Of a stretch of 64,000 bases of DNA, positions 1 through 9,954 are shown in pieces. Source of the DNA: a virus; IMG/VR virus record IMGVR_UViG_3300027815_000003, positions 96,001 to 160,000 of that record. One strand, written 5' to 3'. Below the pieces are notes generated by a model. The model searched no databases. It was not told the DNA's origin and was given only the letters and a program-made list of their open reading frames with translations. The translations under genes were made by a program, and so were the position numbers. How positions within the stretch are numbered: the first letter of the stretch is position 1; every line of letters begins with the position of its first letter.

Positions 1-2186
1 CCAGTAAATCCTGCGATATCTATTATATTGGTTGTTCCAGAAGCTAATCTAATTCCCCCAGCATTTATAAATCCTAAATCTGCTACTAATGCACTTAATT
101 GTGCAACTTTTAGATGTTCTACATCTGTAACAACTTGTGAACCTTCATTTACTGTTACTAAAATAGCTCTTCTTTGTGCAGCTACTTGTCCAGTATTAGC
201 GTTCTCTCTTCCCATTGCAATTATTGTTTTATCAAGACCTAAAGCAGAGGCATAAGTTCCCCAAGATAGAGTTGTGCTTCCTTTAGTTATATATCCATAT
301 TCGTATACTGTAGAAGATGCAAATGTCTTATTGCCTACACTTGCGGCTATAGATTGTGTGGAACCATCGGAATATGTTGCCGTAGCAGCAACCCAAGAAA
401 TTTCATTTGCATCTACTACTGTAAATATCCCCTCTGTCCCATCAGATACTTTAGTCAAATTGACTAATTGAACATTTTCAGATATTCCACCAGTTGCAGC
501 TATTGTTTCCCAAGATGCTGTTTCTGCTGTTTCTCTCATTTTTTCAAGAATACCCCTAGAAACGGTTTTACCTTTTGTTGTTCCCATTACGGATATTCTA
601 GAAATTTTGGTGCTTTCTTGGTGTTCTATTTTGGTAACAATCATATTTACGCCAGCACCAACAGAAGAAACATTTGAATTTATTACTCTAATTACATGAC
701 CAGAACGAACAGCATAATCTACCCCACCAATTTCATAAGTAGGGTAACGTACAATACTAAATTCCCCGCGTAAAACAGTGTCTCCCTCATGGTATAATAG
801 CTCTGCAACTTTACCAGCAGTATAATCTATATCTTGTTTTTCATATTCTCTTGTTACAATTTCTATTTCTTGTTCTATTGATTCTCTTAATGAACCTGGT
901 GGTGTTGCGGTAGAAGCGTTTACTGTAGCGGATTTTATTCCGCTTGTTATTACTAAACCGATAATGGTATTTAACCAAGTGGTATTACTATTTGCAGATG
1001 AAATTATTAAAAATGTGCTTCCGACATGGCGAACTGTGGCTGTATTTGCTCCGCCATTCCATGTAATAATATCATTAACTGCAAACGGCCCGTTTGTTAC
1101 TGCTCCATGATTAATTAAAATACAATCAAGAGTATCTACATCGCCAGAAGTATTTGTCATATAAACAGCCTTTACTCTGGTAAGTAATTCTCTTGATTCT
1201 GTGCTGAAGTTATAATCATGGAGCATTTGTCTGGTTTGATTTCCAGCAGTTCCAAGATATTGAACGGTTAGCCCACTCACAGCAGGATTTGTAGATGGGA
1301 TTGTTCCTCTTTGAAAGTAATGTAAATCTGGTGATGGAGTTGATGGTGTACCATTTATATTTGTAAAATCTGTATCAAGATAATAATCAAAACCATAACC
1401 CGTATTACTAGATAATGTCGCATTCCAAGGTTCTTCTTGTGATAATTCTAAAATAGCCCTTAATGCGTTTTTACCCGCACCAGTAAAATTAGAGGCTAAA
1501 TCAGCCGCAGCAGGGAAAGCATAAGTAGATGCTACAAAATCAACAGTAGTGGTATCTATATTTGATGCAGAAAAAACATGATCATCAATTATTCTTTTAA
1601 CTAATTGACTTCTTCTCGTATATAAAGTTGTTGCATCATAATTTGTTCTTACTGTTCTTTTTAATAATTCCGCTAAATTATCTCTAGCAGAAATTTTAAG
1701 AACTTGACCGAATTGATTATCCCAATAAGGGTCAGTTGTCTCTATTTTTCCATAAAATAGAAATAAATTTGATCCAGAATCAGTTTCTCTTATACGAATT
1801 TTTTGATAATTTACATTATATGCTGTTTCTGCGGTGTTTTGATTATTAGCAATAAGTATTTCTACTGATAAAGGGAAACCAAGAGAATCATTATAATTTA
1901 TATCATAAGTATATTGTTCTGTTACCCAAATTCTATAAGAGTCACCCAAATCCCAATCATTATCTACACCTCCAGCTAAAGTTGCAGTAATAGTATTGGC
2001 GGTATGTGCAGTAATTATTCCGCTAGAACCATCAGTTATATTGTAAATATAATCTCCAGTAAAAGAGGCACTTAAATCTCTTATTCTGGAGTCAGTAAAA
2101 TTAGCCGAAGAATCAGTTAATACCGCTGCGTTAGCCGCACCAGTATGTGTACCTACTACTTCAAACTGAACCGTAGAAATTCCCAA
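1..2186 (-). CDS. Tail tip/hub-like virion protein, partial (runs off window start)
   Basis: Missing from the ORF track. Read by hand from TTG at 2186 (RBS GGAG) and open to base 1: MGISTVQFEVVGTHTGAANAAVLTDSSANF...IIDIAGFTG. Lies two genes downstream of the tape measure. Confidence 0.7.
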   Translation of the reverse strand, partial: MGISTVQFEVVGTHTGAANAAVLTDSSANFTDSRIRDLSASFTGDYIYNITDGSSGIITAHTANTITATLAGGVDNDWDLGDSYRIWVTEQYTYDINYNDSLGFPLSVEILIANNQNTAETAYNVNYQKIRIRETDSGSNLFLFYGKIETTDPYWDNQFGQVLKISARDNLAELLKRTVRTNYDATTLYTRRSQLVKRIIDDHVFSASNIDTTTVDFVASTYAFPAAADLASNFTGAGKNALRAILELSQEEPWNATLSSNTGYGFDYYLDTDFTNINGTPSTPSPDLHYFQRGTIPSTNPAVSGLTVQYLGTAGNQTRQMLHDYNFSTESRELLTRVKAVYMTNTSGDVDTLDCILINHGAVTNGPFAVNDIITWNGGANTATVRHVGSTFLIISSANSNTTWLNTIIGLVITSGIKSATVNASTATPPGSLRESIEQEIEIVTREYEKQDIDYTAGKVAELLYHEGDTVLRGEFSIVRYPTYEIGGVDYAVRSGHVIRVINSNVSSVGAGVNMIVTKIEHQESTKISRISVMGTTKGKTVSRGILEKMRETAETASWETIAATGGISENVQLVNLTKVSDGTEGIFTVVDANEISWVAATATYSDGSTQSIAASVGNKTFASSTVYEYGYITKGSTTLSWGTYASALGLDKTIIAMGRENANTGQVAAQRRAILVTVNEGSQVVTDVEHLKVAQLSALVADLGFINAGGIRLASGTTNIIDIAGFT

Positions 2187-2201
2187 AATTAATCTCCTAA
2201 A

Positions 2202-2633
2202 CTATGTTGATGTTCTTCTACCTGCGTTAAATTGTAATTTATAAGTCCATCTAGAATCTTGACCACCCATTCTTTCAAAGTTACAATCAAGTGCAAATGC
2301 TTGATATGTATTTGTGTCTGTTAGTGCTCCATTATTTTCATAAAAAATAGTTAGTGTTATTATTGAACCAGAATTATCTAATATAAAATCTTCTAATTCA
2401 TTTTTTGAAGGGATTGCTATTGCCCCATCGGATAAAGAGTCTATATCATCAACAATCCCCTCAAAAGATATTTTATTTTTAAATCCACCTAAATCTATTT
2501 GAATTGGTTCATTTGCAGTCCCAGAAGCAGGTAATGGTATTATAGTTGGATTTTTCCCTATATTTTGATTTAATTTGTCGGCTTTTAAGGCATAAGTAGT
2601 CCCACCAACAGCTAATCTAATAGATAGTGTCAT
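2202..2633 (-). CDS. Distal tail (Dit-like) protein
   Basis: 143 aa beta-rich protein directly after the tape measure; call is by synteny. Confidence 0.45.
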   Translation of the reverse strand: MTLSIRLAVGGTTYALKADKLNQNIGKNPTIIPLPASGTANEPIQIDLGGFKNKISFEGIVDDIDSLSDGAIAIPSKNELEDFILDNSGSIITLTIFYENNGALTDTNTYQAFALDCNFERMGGQDSRWTYKLQFNAGRRTST

Positions 2634-2634
2634 G

Positions 2635-3711
2635 TTATGGAATTCTCCTATCCATTTCTTCTAATAATCCACGTCCTACACTTTGTCCATAACTTGTTGG
2701 ATTTGAGATATTGGAAATATCTGCCCCATTCATATTTACTATAATTGTGTTGTTGTCAAATGATCTGGTGGCTCCAGAAAAATTACCAGGGATGGGTGCT
2801 TGTTGATTTGTTATTGTATTTTTGTTTATTATATCTTTCCATACATCAAAAGACTCTTTTATAAATGAAAAAGGGCCGCCCATTGATGGTAGTTGTTTAA
2901 GAAAATCACTAGCGTGTTCTTTTAATGTATCTTTTATTCCTAATGTTTTTAATATAGGTGATAAAATTTTTGATATAGTTTCTATTATTTTCCCTAACAT
3001 ATCAAAAATTGGGGTTAAAAAGGAAAATTTTTTTTCTATATTATCTACAAGTTTAGAAAACATTTTTTCTATTTGTCCTATAGGATCTTGTAAATAAGCA
3101 GCATATTGTCCCACAAACATAGCTAATGCTTTTAATGCAGGAACAAGAATTGGTATTAATGGAATCAAAATAACATCTACTAAAGCTCCTAATAAATCAT
3201 TAACCGTTTTGGTAGATTCACTTATTATTTTGGATTGTTGTAATATCCCAGCTATACCTAAAGCTCCACCAATTACACCTAATGATGGTAAAAATTTTTT
3301 AAATATACCTCCCTGTTCTTGGATAGACTTGGCATAAATAGCCTCATCTTTCATTTTTAGCAATCCTTGTTTTTCTATTTGTTTGCCTATTTTTAGGTCT
3401 TCAATCATATATTTATCATATTGTTTAAATCCTTCACTTATCTGTTTATCATATAAATTTTCATTTTTTGCTTCTTCTTTTTGTTCTTTTTGTCTAAAAT
3501 TGACAAGATTTTTTTGCTGTTGTTGCATCATTCTTTCAAAATTAAGCATACTTGGAGAAACACCTGTAGGGGAAAACCATCCTTTAGGTACTCCTCCTAT
3601 TCCTCCTCCAGTACCGCCACCAGATAATCCACCACCAGCAGTAGAGGCGGTTATTGCACCGCCCTGTACTTGTATTTTTACGTTAATTGTACCGTTAATT
3701 GTGTTTGCCAT
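2635..3711 (-). CDS. Tape measure protein (short, 358 aa)
   Basis: Follows the tail chaperone pair; helical Q/K/E-rich segment, then hydrophobic and amphipathic repeats. Confidence 0.65.
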   Translation of the reverse strand: MANTINGTINVKIQVQGGAITASTAGGGLSGGGTGGGIGGVPKGWFSPTGVSPSMLNFERMMQQQQKNLVNFRQKEQKEEAKNENLYDKQISEGFKQYDKYMIEDLKIGKQIEKQGLLKMKDEAIYAKSIQEQGGIFKKFLPSLGVIGGALGIAGILQQSKIISESTKTVNDLLGALVDVILIPLIPILVPALKALAMFVGQYAAYLQDPIGQIEKMFSKLVDNIEKKFSFLTPIFDMLGKIIETISKILSPILKTLGIKDTLKEHASDFLKQLPSMGGPFSFIKESFDVWKDIINKNTITNQQAPIPGNFSGATRSFDNNTIIVNMNGADISNISNPTSYGQSVGRGLLEEMDRRIP

Positions 3712-3730
3712 TTTATTTCTATATTTATTT

Positions 3731-3937
3731 TTAACTATTATTCATATTTTGTTGTTGTTTTTCTAGTATTGCATAATGTAAAGCAAGAAGCATACTTATT
3801 TCTTCTATATCCATTTCTTTTATATCGCTATAAGAAATTCCTAATTTTAATAATTCAAGAATCAACATGCGATAAGAAAAAGAACTTGCTTCTGCAGTAC
3901 TTACTCTTTTTGGATCTATTAGATATAGACTTATTCT
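3731..3937 (-). CDS. Tail assembly chaperone frameshift extension (gpT-like, 68 aa)
   Basis: -1 frame open from the slippery site: RISLYLIDPKRVSTAEASSFSYRMLILELLKLGISYSDIKEMDIEEISMLLALHYAILEKQQQNMNNS*. Confidence 0.75.
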   Translation of the reverse strand, partial: RISLYLIDPKRVSTAEASSFSYRMLILELLKLGISYSDIKEMDIEEISMLLALHYAILEKQQQNMNNS

Positions 3938-4278
3938 TTTTTTAGTATATCTATATTAAGGTTTTCTGTATCTGAATAAGGTGACGGTACTAATTTTTCT
4001 AGAGCCATTCCTAATTTATCGTCTACAGTTAATAAAAACATTTCTGTAGTTTTACCCCAGGGCGCATCAACAAGAAGATATTTAAGGCATTCTCTTACAT
4101 ATAAACTCATATGAAGTTTACCAGAACCATTAGCATCCCAAGATAAACAATTATCTCTTATTTCCATTCTTTTTACCCAGGGAATTTTTCTTACGGTTAT
4201 AGGAATTTCATCTTCATCTATTTTTATTACCATTTTTTCCGTTTCATCTGATTTTTTGATATACTTTTCGTATCCCAT
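3931..4278 (-). CDS. Tail assembly chaperone (gpG-like)
   Basis: 115 aa between tail tube and tape measure; ends at a slippery A7 run. Confidence 0.75.
   Translation of the reverse strand: MGYEKYIKKSDETEKMVIKIDEDEIPITVRKIPWVKRMEIRDNCLSWDANGSGKLHMSLYVRECLKYLLVDAPWGKTTEMFLLTVDDKLGMALEKLVPSPYSDTENLNIDILKKE
3937..3943 (-). other. Programmed -1 ribosomal frameshift site (A AAA AAA)
   Basis: CTA AAA AAA GAA TAA at the end of the chaperone ORF; the -1 frame continues for 68 codons. Confidence 0.7.
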
Positions 4279-4331
4279 TTGTCTCCTTCTTTGATTAATT
4301 TTTTTTTATCTACTTAAAATGAATAAATTAT

Positions 4332-4550
4332 TTATACGATTGATTTTTCTTCTATTTGAAGTTCTATATTATATTCAGATGAAATTTTTATTGCCTGTTC
4401 TTTTGCCTGTTTTTTTGTATCGTGTATCCCATAAATACTATTATATCTTCCTAAAATATCACATAAATTGTGATTATCTAATGGGCAATAATACTTATGT
4501 CCACTCATTTTAGTCCCTAGTGAGATTACTAAATATTTTTTCTTTGACAT
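4332..4550 (-). CDS. Small hypothetical protein
   Basis: 72 aa ORF with AGGAG RBS between tube and chaperone. Confidence 0.5.
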   Translation of the reverse strand: MSKKKYLVISLGTKMSGHKYYCPLDNHNLCDILGRYNSIYGIHDTKKQAKEQAIKISSEYNIELQIEEKSIV

Positions 4551-4578
4551 ATTTTTATTTTTCTCCTTATAAATTATA

Positions 4579-6279
4579 TTAACAATAAGTCCCTATAGAA
4601 TCGACAATTACTATACTTAAATCTCTAAAAAGTATTTCTACTGGAACTTGTACTGGATTTTCATCTGGATTTATATTATGTGGTGCTCTTAATATAAAAG
4701 ATCCATTAGCATTTATTCCAGTTGCAGCAGCAGACGGAGGAATAGTTATTGTAATGGTATCACTTGTCCCTCTTGTAAATGTTAGTGTTATATCAAATCC
4801 TTGCATTGCTGTCCCATAAACACCTTCAAGTAATAATTCTTTCCATAATGTAGGTGTTGTCGCTGTTGTCGCTATAGAATCTGGCATAGCAATAGTGGCG
4901 GACATTTTATATTCTCTTCGTCTTTCTAATATTTCGTATGGTGAACGATTAAAATATTCATTAGCGATATAATATCTTGGATCTAAATTATTATTTATTT
5001 CTATACTAAAATTTCTTATTCTTGCTAGTGTTTGTCCAAAATATGTAATAGAACCTTGTGAAAAATAATATGGTTCTGTCGTTGGATAACTAGCTTCTCC
5101 TAATGCTCCACCAGAATGAGGTCTACTTCCGCCTACAGCTTGAAAATCAGAGGATTCTTGTGTTGGGTCTATCAATGAACCAGTATATCTGGTAATGTCT
5201 GTAGTCCCACCTCCGACATCTTCGTGATAACGTTGATTATGAAGTAACCCTAAGAACTGAACTTCATCCCAACTCATTCTTAACATTCCGCCTTCTTCGG
5301 CAGAAATAGTAGCTCTTCCCACTTTACCACCAAAATATCTACGTAAGAAATCATTTGCTACTGTCTCTGAAGAGTCCCTCATAAGGATATTCCAGGACAT
5401 AGCGGGTAGGCCAAAATCACTTATAATCGTATGTGTAAATGTCGTACTTGCGGTACATTCACTTACAGTTACACCATTGGCATGAGCTATTTGCAATGGA
5501 TAATCTATAATTAATGTGGTTGTTCCACCACCAGAAATAATTTGTCTTACCTCTGGGTTTGTTCCACTCCATTCTATTTCCACAAATTCTCCATTAGCAA
5601 AAGTAGAAGCCCCAGCAACAGTAACATATCTTTGTCCTACTCTAGTCCCACCAGTTTGGCTTACGGTAGATGAACCGCCAGAAACAGCAGTAGCTACGGT
5701 GCGAACTCTCCCTATAGGGAATCTTAATGGGAATCCATTAAGTAATATAAAATTAGGTACTGAACCAGAAAACGCTTGTTTACCTCTATAAGCGACAGTA
5801 AAATTTCTATCAGAAGAAGTCCCAAGAAAATAATATGGTGTTATTTCTGGTGTCATATCTGGGGCACTTATAGATTCCCAGGCACCAGGAATAAAAGTAA
5901 CTAATGAATCCCCAGCTAAATTATTTAACGTAGAGACTTTTTCATCTATTGCTTCATTATCTAAATGAGAAAAACCAGTTGGTGCATCTAAGAAAATAGT
6001 ACCAGTAGCTCCAGTACCATTATATGTACCCAATGATGCTACCTTTCTTAATTCATAATTACCAGTAGCGGTTCCACCTAAAGCAATATAGTTCCCTGCC
6101 GCTAATGTACCAGAAGCCCCATCAAATGTTATTCCTCTGCTCCCTACGGGTAAATCATTTGCCATATTAATTAATGCTGTCCAGTCACCAGCATCATCTA
6201 TAGCAGATATGTAATCTGGATATCCTTCTCCAGAAGCAAAGCTAAAAACTGACTGGTCTGAACGATAAATGACGCTCAT
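4579..6279 (-). CDS. Major tail tube protein with inserted beta domains
   Basis: 566 aa; C-terminal tube-like motif (RNFSIEINNNLDPRY...REYKMSATI); position between neck and chaperone. Confidence 0.7.
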   Translation of the reverse strand: MSVIYRSDQSVFSFASGEGYPDYISAIDDAGDWTALINMANDLPVGSRGITFDGASGTLAAGNYIALGGTATGNYELRKVASLGTYNGTGATGTIFLDAPTGFSHLDNEAIDEKVSTLNNLAGDSLVTFIPGAWESISAPDMTPEITPYYFLGTSSDRNFTVAYRGKQAFSGSVPNFILLNGFPLRFPIGRVRTVATAVSGGSSTVSQTGGTRVGQRYVTVAGASTFANGEFVEIEWSGTNPEVRQIISGGGTTTLIIDYPLQIAHANGVTVSECTASTTFTHTIISDFGLPAMSWNILMRDSSETVANDFLRRYFGGKVGRATISAEEGGMLRMSWDEVQFLGLLHNQRYHEDVGGGTTDITRYTGSLIDPTQESSDFQAVGGSRPHSGGALGEASYPTTEPYYFSQGSITYFGQTLARIRNFSIEINNNLDPRYYIANEYFNRSPYEILERRREYKMSATIAMPDSIATTATTPTLWKELLLEGVYGTAMQGFDITLTFTRGTSDTITITIPPSAAATGINANGSFILRAPHNINPDENPVQVPVEILFRDLSIVIVDSIGTYC

Positions 6280-6303
6280 ATTATTTTAACTCCTATATTT
6301 TAG

Positions 6304-6429
6304 TTAACCCATTATTAATATTTTTATTCTTTCTATAAAAGAATATCTATGTTTTTTATCACAAGTTTTACCCTCATAATGAAAGACTAATTTTTTACCT
6401 TTTGTACAATTCAAACAGTAAGCAGCCAA
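6304..6429 (-). CDS. Small Cys-containing protein (41 aa)
   Basis: Read by hand: MAAYCLNCTKGKKLVFHYEGKTCDKKHRYSFIERIKILIMG, TTG start abutting the upstream stop. Confidence 0.35.
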   Translation of the reverse strand: MAAYCLNCTKGKKLVFHYEGKTCDKKHRYSFIERIKILIMG

Positions 6430-6894
6430 TTATACTGTACGCTCCATTAACTCAGCACTGTTCAGAAGTTCTACCTCTATCATACCTAGCCACATTGTTA
6501 GATTCTCTTCATAAATTTCATTATAGGATTTGAACTGCACGCGCTGAAATCCAACTGTTGAATGCATCTTAAAGTGTAAAATTCTTCTTATTTCTGCCAT
6601 TAAATTATAAAGCCTTTGTCTACTAGCAATAGAGTACAAATCTATGTTTACAAAATAAGTTCTATGTGCATATGTCCAATTGCCTATAGGCTCTTCTACC
6701 ATTTCCCCACCAGGGTAAATAACTACTAAATCTTGTCTTCCCTGTGTTGGAACAAGTAATCTATCTAAATCAATACGAAGTGTAGTGCCGTCTGAACCTA
6801 AATCAATAAATTTAGGACGGGCGATGTTAGTTTCATTCCATGCTTGGATTAAAATATCTTTTATTTCTTTTGCGGGTATTATTTCATCTGTCAT
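6430..6894 (-). CDS. Tail terminator/neck protein
   Basis: 154 aa between adaptor and tube; call is by synteny and size. Confidence 0.55.
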   Translation of the reverse strand: MTDEIIPAKEIKDILIQAWNETNIARPKFIDLGSDGTTLRIDLDRLLVPTQGRQDLVVIYPGGEMVEEPIGNWTYAHRTYFVNIDLYSIASRQRLYNLMAEIRRILHFKMHSTVGFQRVQFKSYNEIYEENLTMWLGMIEVELLNSAELMERTV

Positions 6895-8058
6895 TTAAAA
6901 AACTACCCAAGATTTTAATCTATCAAGTTGTTCTTCTATCTCGTCTTTATAGATTTTTATCTTATCTGCAAAACTTACATTATCACCGCCGCGAATTAAT
7001 AATATAGAGCGGTCACTATTATTAAGAAGATTTATTGCAGCTAATTTACGACATATATCAAAAACCATTGGCCCTTGTTCAACATCAGCATAAATATCTT
7101 TTCCGTAAAAATAAGATATTCTTATTGGTTTATTAAACTCACCCATCCCCCATTGCCAAATTGGGCCTATAAAACGTGCAGGAAGTAAAAAATATCTAGA
7201 AAAATGGACTGTTCCTGTATCCCTTACTAGAAAATAATCCCCAGTTCTTCCTTCAGTTTTTGTTTCCCAACCACTCCCATCCCAAATTTGAAGTCTTGCT
7301 ATCCTTCTTATATCTCTTTCTACTAAATCTATACCATGTATATTAAAATCATATTCTTCATCTATTTTATAGTTTAGTCTCCATGATTTTTGTGTGGTAT
7401 AATCAATTCTTGATTGTGCAGCTCTAATATAATCTTCAACAGAACTTCTTGTTGGGTTTGTGGTAGAATCAAAATCTACATCTAATTGTAATATATTAGC
7501 TACATCTGTTGGACTACAATAATAAGCATAAGGTCTCATTTGTATTTGATTTATTGTTGGGCTTCCTGCAGTTGATGCACTTATTCTAATCCAATATCTT
7601 ATTGTTGTATCTGGAACTGTAGCAGTATGTGGACTTGTGTTAGAAAAAGCTCTAGAAGACCAATTTCTTAATCCATAAAATCCAACTGCTCCATGACCGC
7701 TAAAATCAAAAGCATTATCACCGTCTGAAATTATTGTCTGTCCAAATTCTCCAGGTATAAATTGAGTCCATGTATTATCTGCCCTGGAATATTCATATGT
7801 TAATGTTCCACAGGTAGCAGCACTAGACATAATGAAAGCTGACATATCAAATTTTGATGAACTTCCCAGATACAAATAAAATCCAGATATACTAAAAATA
7901 GTAAATGCTGTTCCGCCATATCTTATAGCTTCTATTGTGTTATTTGTATATCCAGTAGAAGGGCTATACCCCCATACCGCTTCAAAATAGTTTAAACTTT
8001 CAAGGCTAGTTGCGGGGGTAGTTAATGGCGTTCCTTGCCCTTGTCCACTACTTGTCAT
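6895..8058 (-). CDS. Head-tail adaptor with N-terminal extra domain
   Basis: C-terminal half begins YCSPTDVANILQ...VEDYIRAAQSRID, typical of gp6/gp15-like connectors. Confidence 0.65.
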   Translation of the reverse strand: MTSSGQGQGTPLTTPATSLESLNYFEAVWGYSPSTGYTNNTIEAIRYGGTAFTIFSISGFYLYLGSSSKFDMSAFIMSSAATCGTLTYEYSRADNTWTQFIPGEFGQTIISDGDNAFDFSGHGAVGFYGLRNWSSRAFSNTSPHTATVPDTTIRYWIRISASTAGSPTINQIQMRPYAYYCSPTDVANILQLDVDFDSTTNPTRSSVEDYIRAAQSRIDYTTQKSWRLNYKIDEEYDFNIHGIDLVERDIRRIARLQIWDGSGWETKTEGRTGDYFLVRDTGTVHFSRYFLLPARFIGPIWQWGMGEFNKPIRISYFYGKDIYADVEQGPMVFDICRKLAAINLLNNSDRSILLIRGGDNVSFADKIKIYKDEIEEQLDRLKSWVVF

Positions 8059-8893
8059 TATTCAAAACTCCAATTTTTATTAAATCTTTTTCAAATAAAA
8101 CTTTTATATTATATCCATTTTCAATAGCAAAATTTATTTTATTTTGTGCCAATGGATACATATAACCTTTAACTTCATGCCATTCATTTATTTCTGGTAA
8201 GTAGAAATCTGGGAAATACCACCCAAATGATGTTTTGATAGGATTCTTTTCATATATCCAGTTAATATTATTTTTATCTAAAAATAGTGCATATTTTACT
8301 TCCCAATTTGAACGCATAGAAATAATAATATCGTTGTTTTCATATTTAAACTTTTTATGCCCAGAATTTTGTTGGCGTTTTTTTATTGATTCTTCTGTTT
8401 GTTTTTTTCCAGTATTTATCTTTTTTAATAACTCTTTTGTTTTTTGTGAAACAGGATGACCCTTTAAACAAATAGACGTTAAGTTATTTTTCATGTAAAT
8501 AGATTGATTTTCAGAAAGTTTTTTTAATCTTTTATCAAATTCTTTAGTCAGCCCCTTATTCCAGGAAATTGTTTTACCCGTTTTATGATTATATATATTA
8601 GCGCATAATGTAGAGCAAAAAATACTTTTGTCTTTTTCACATTCTCTTTCTTTTAGTTCTTTGTTATTTCCACAATTTAAACAAATTAATGTTCTATAAT
8701 AATATGGGCCTTTTTTATTATGACCAGATATATAATTATTCCTACATATTTCACCACACCCACATTTACAATAATTTTTTGGCAATAGTTCTAATAATTT
8801 ATACTTATTATCTTTATGAATATTATCAAAATGCTGTAAAATATTTTTAAATATTCTTTTACAAGATGGACATTCATTTACCCATTCACTCAT
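8048..8893 (-). CDS. Homing-type endonuclease (NUMOD3-like repeats plus PD-(D/E)xK domain)
   Basis: CKCGCGE motif, HPVSQKTKELLK and QTEESIKK repeats, C-terminal MRSNWE...YFPDFYL...EVKG. Confidence 0.7.
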   Translation of the reverse strand: MSEWVNECPSCKRIFKNILQHFDNIHKDNKYKLLELLPKNYCKCGCGEICRNNYISGHNKKGPYYYRTLICLNCGNNKELKERECEKDKSIFCSTLCANIYNHKTGKTISWNKGLTKEFDKRLKKLSENQSIYMKNNLTSICLKGHPVSQKTKELLKKINTGKKQTEESIKKRQQNSGHKKFKYENNDIIISMRSNWEVKYALFLDKNNINWIYEKNPIKTSFGWYFPDFYLPEINEWHEVKGYMYPLAQNKINFAIENGYNIKVLFEKDLIKIGVLNNDK

Positions 8894-9180
8894 AATTTTT
8901 CACCATTAACACATTTGTATTGGATTTCGTATGCTCGTTTTTCCAATGGATGTTTATCGGCTGGCTTACCAATACAAATAATAGATAATATCAAATATAA
9001 TAAATACCAGGGAATTATACCAAATTTTTGTATTTGATTAAAATGATATTCTTCGTGTGCTCTAAGACATTTATCACCCTCATATTCTTTTTTGATGATA
9101 ATATAAGGATAAAGAGTTACCGCTGCAACCCACGAAGGGAACAACCATATCTTATTAACTATTTTATATTTTGGTTTCAT
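8890..9180 (-). CDS. Small zincin-like metallopeptidase
   Basis: AHEEYH (HExxH) plus downstream HPLEKRAYE. Confidence 0.55.
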   Translation of the reverse strand: MKPKYKIVNKIWLFPSWVAAVTLYPYIIIKKEYEGDKCLRAHEEYHFNQIQKFGIIPWYLLYLILSIICIGKPADKHPLEKRAYEIQYKCVNGEKL

Positions 9181-9183
9181 TTT

Positions 9184-9645
9184 TTATTCATTATATCCAT
9201 AATCATAATAAGCGGGGAGTGATAAATTTTCTGGAATAATTACTTCATGGTTCCGATGTTTTTCTTCAATTTCTTTTGTGATTTGTTCTGGTGATTTTAT
9301 TAAACTAAATACTTGCTGTGCAAATGCTATTTTCGCATGATCATTTAATCTTGTAAATCCTGGCCCTTTTGTTGTGCCATTAACTGACATAGCTCTTGGT
9401 AATTCTATAAGACAATCATCTTCAATTTCGTTTATTAACAAATTTGCGAGATCTAATGTTACTAATGTTTCTGAAAAATCTGGATATATTTTTTCTGCTC
9501 TTCCATCTTCTATCATTTTAAACCATAAGCATAATAATTCTCTAAAATCCATTATATTTTGAGCTTCTAAATAAGATTCTTCTGGTTTGCTATAATCATA
9601 AATAGCTAAAAATACATCATGTATTGTTATATTTGTATAATCCAA
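9184..9645 (-). CDS. Hypothetical protein
   Basis: 153 aa ORF with RBS, in co-directional run. Confidence 0.6.
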   Translation of the reverse strand: MDYTNITIHDVFLAIYDYSKPEESYLEAQNIMDFRELLCLWFKMIEDGRAEKIYPDFSETLVTLDLANLLINEIEDDCLIELPRAMSVNGTTKGPGFTRLNDHAKIAFAQQVFSLIKSPEQITKEIEEKHRNHEVIIPENLSLPAYYDYGYNE

Positions 9646-9667
9646 TTTATTACACCTTATAGTTAAA

Positions 9668-9808
9668 TCATAAACAAATGTTGGTTTTAGGTTTTAATTT
9701 TTCTAGATTATGATAAAAGTTTTTATTATGCGTAGGGTTAACAAAAATTCTACTTTCTCTTATCCCAGTTACTTCTTCACCACAACCACATTTACATAAT
9801 TTAATCAT
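9668..9808 (-). CDS. 46-aa CKCGCGE peptide, possible endonuclease remnant
   Basis: MIKLCKCGCGEEVTGIRESRIFVNPTHNKNFYHNLEKLKPKTNICL; same motif as 8048..8893. Confidence 0.4.
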   Translation of the reverse strand: MIKLCKCGCGEEVTGIRESRIFVNPTHNKNFYHNLEKLKPKTNICL

Positions 9809-9954
9809 GGTTTTAATGGACGAATCCTACGCCATGTACGAGACCATTGTGTCGGACAATGTAAAGGCTCAGGATCATAGTATTTTTCTGGATCTGGCTC
9901 CCTTACTGGTGATGGAACTTTTGTTGGTGTTTTAACGGGTGTCGTTGTCTGCAT
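9805..9954 (-). CDS. 49-aa Pro/Thr-rich peptide
   Basis: MQTTTPVKTPTKVPSPVREPDPEKYYDPEPLHCPTQWSRTWRRIRPLKP; overlaps both neighbours (ATGA coupling downstream). Confidence 0.5.
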   Translation of the reverse strand: MQTTTPVKTPTKVPSPVREPDPEKYYDPEPLHCPTQWSRTWRRIRPLKP

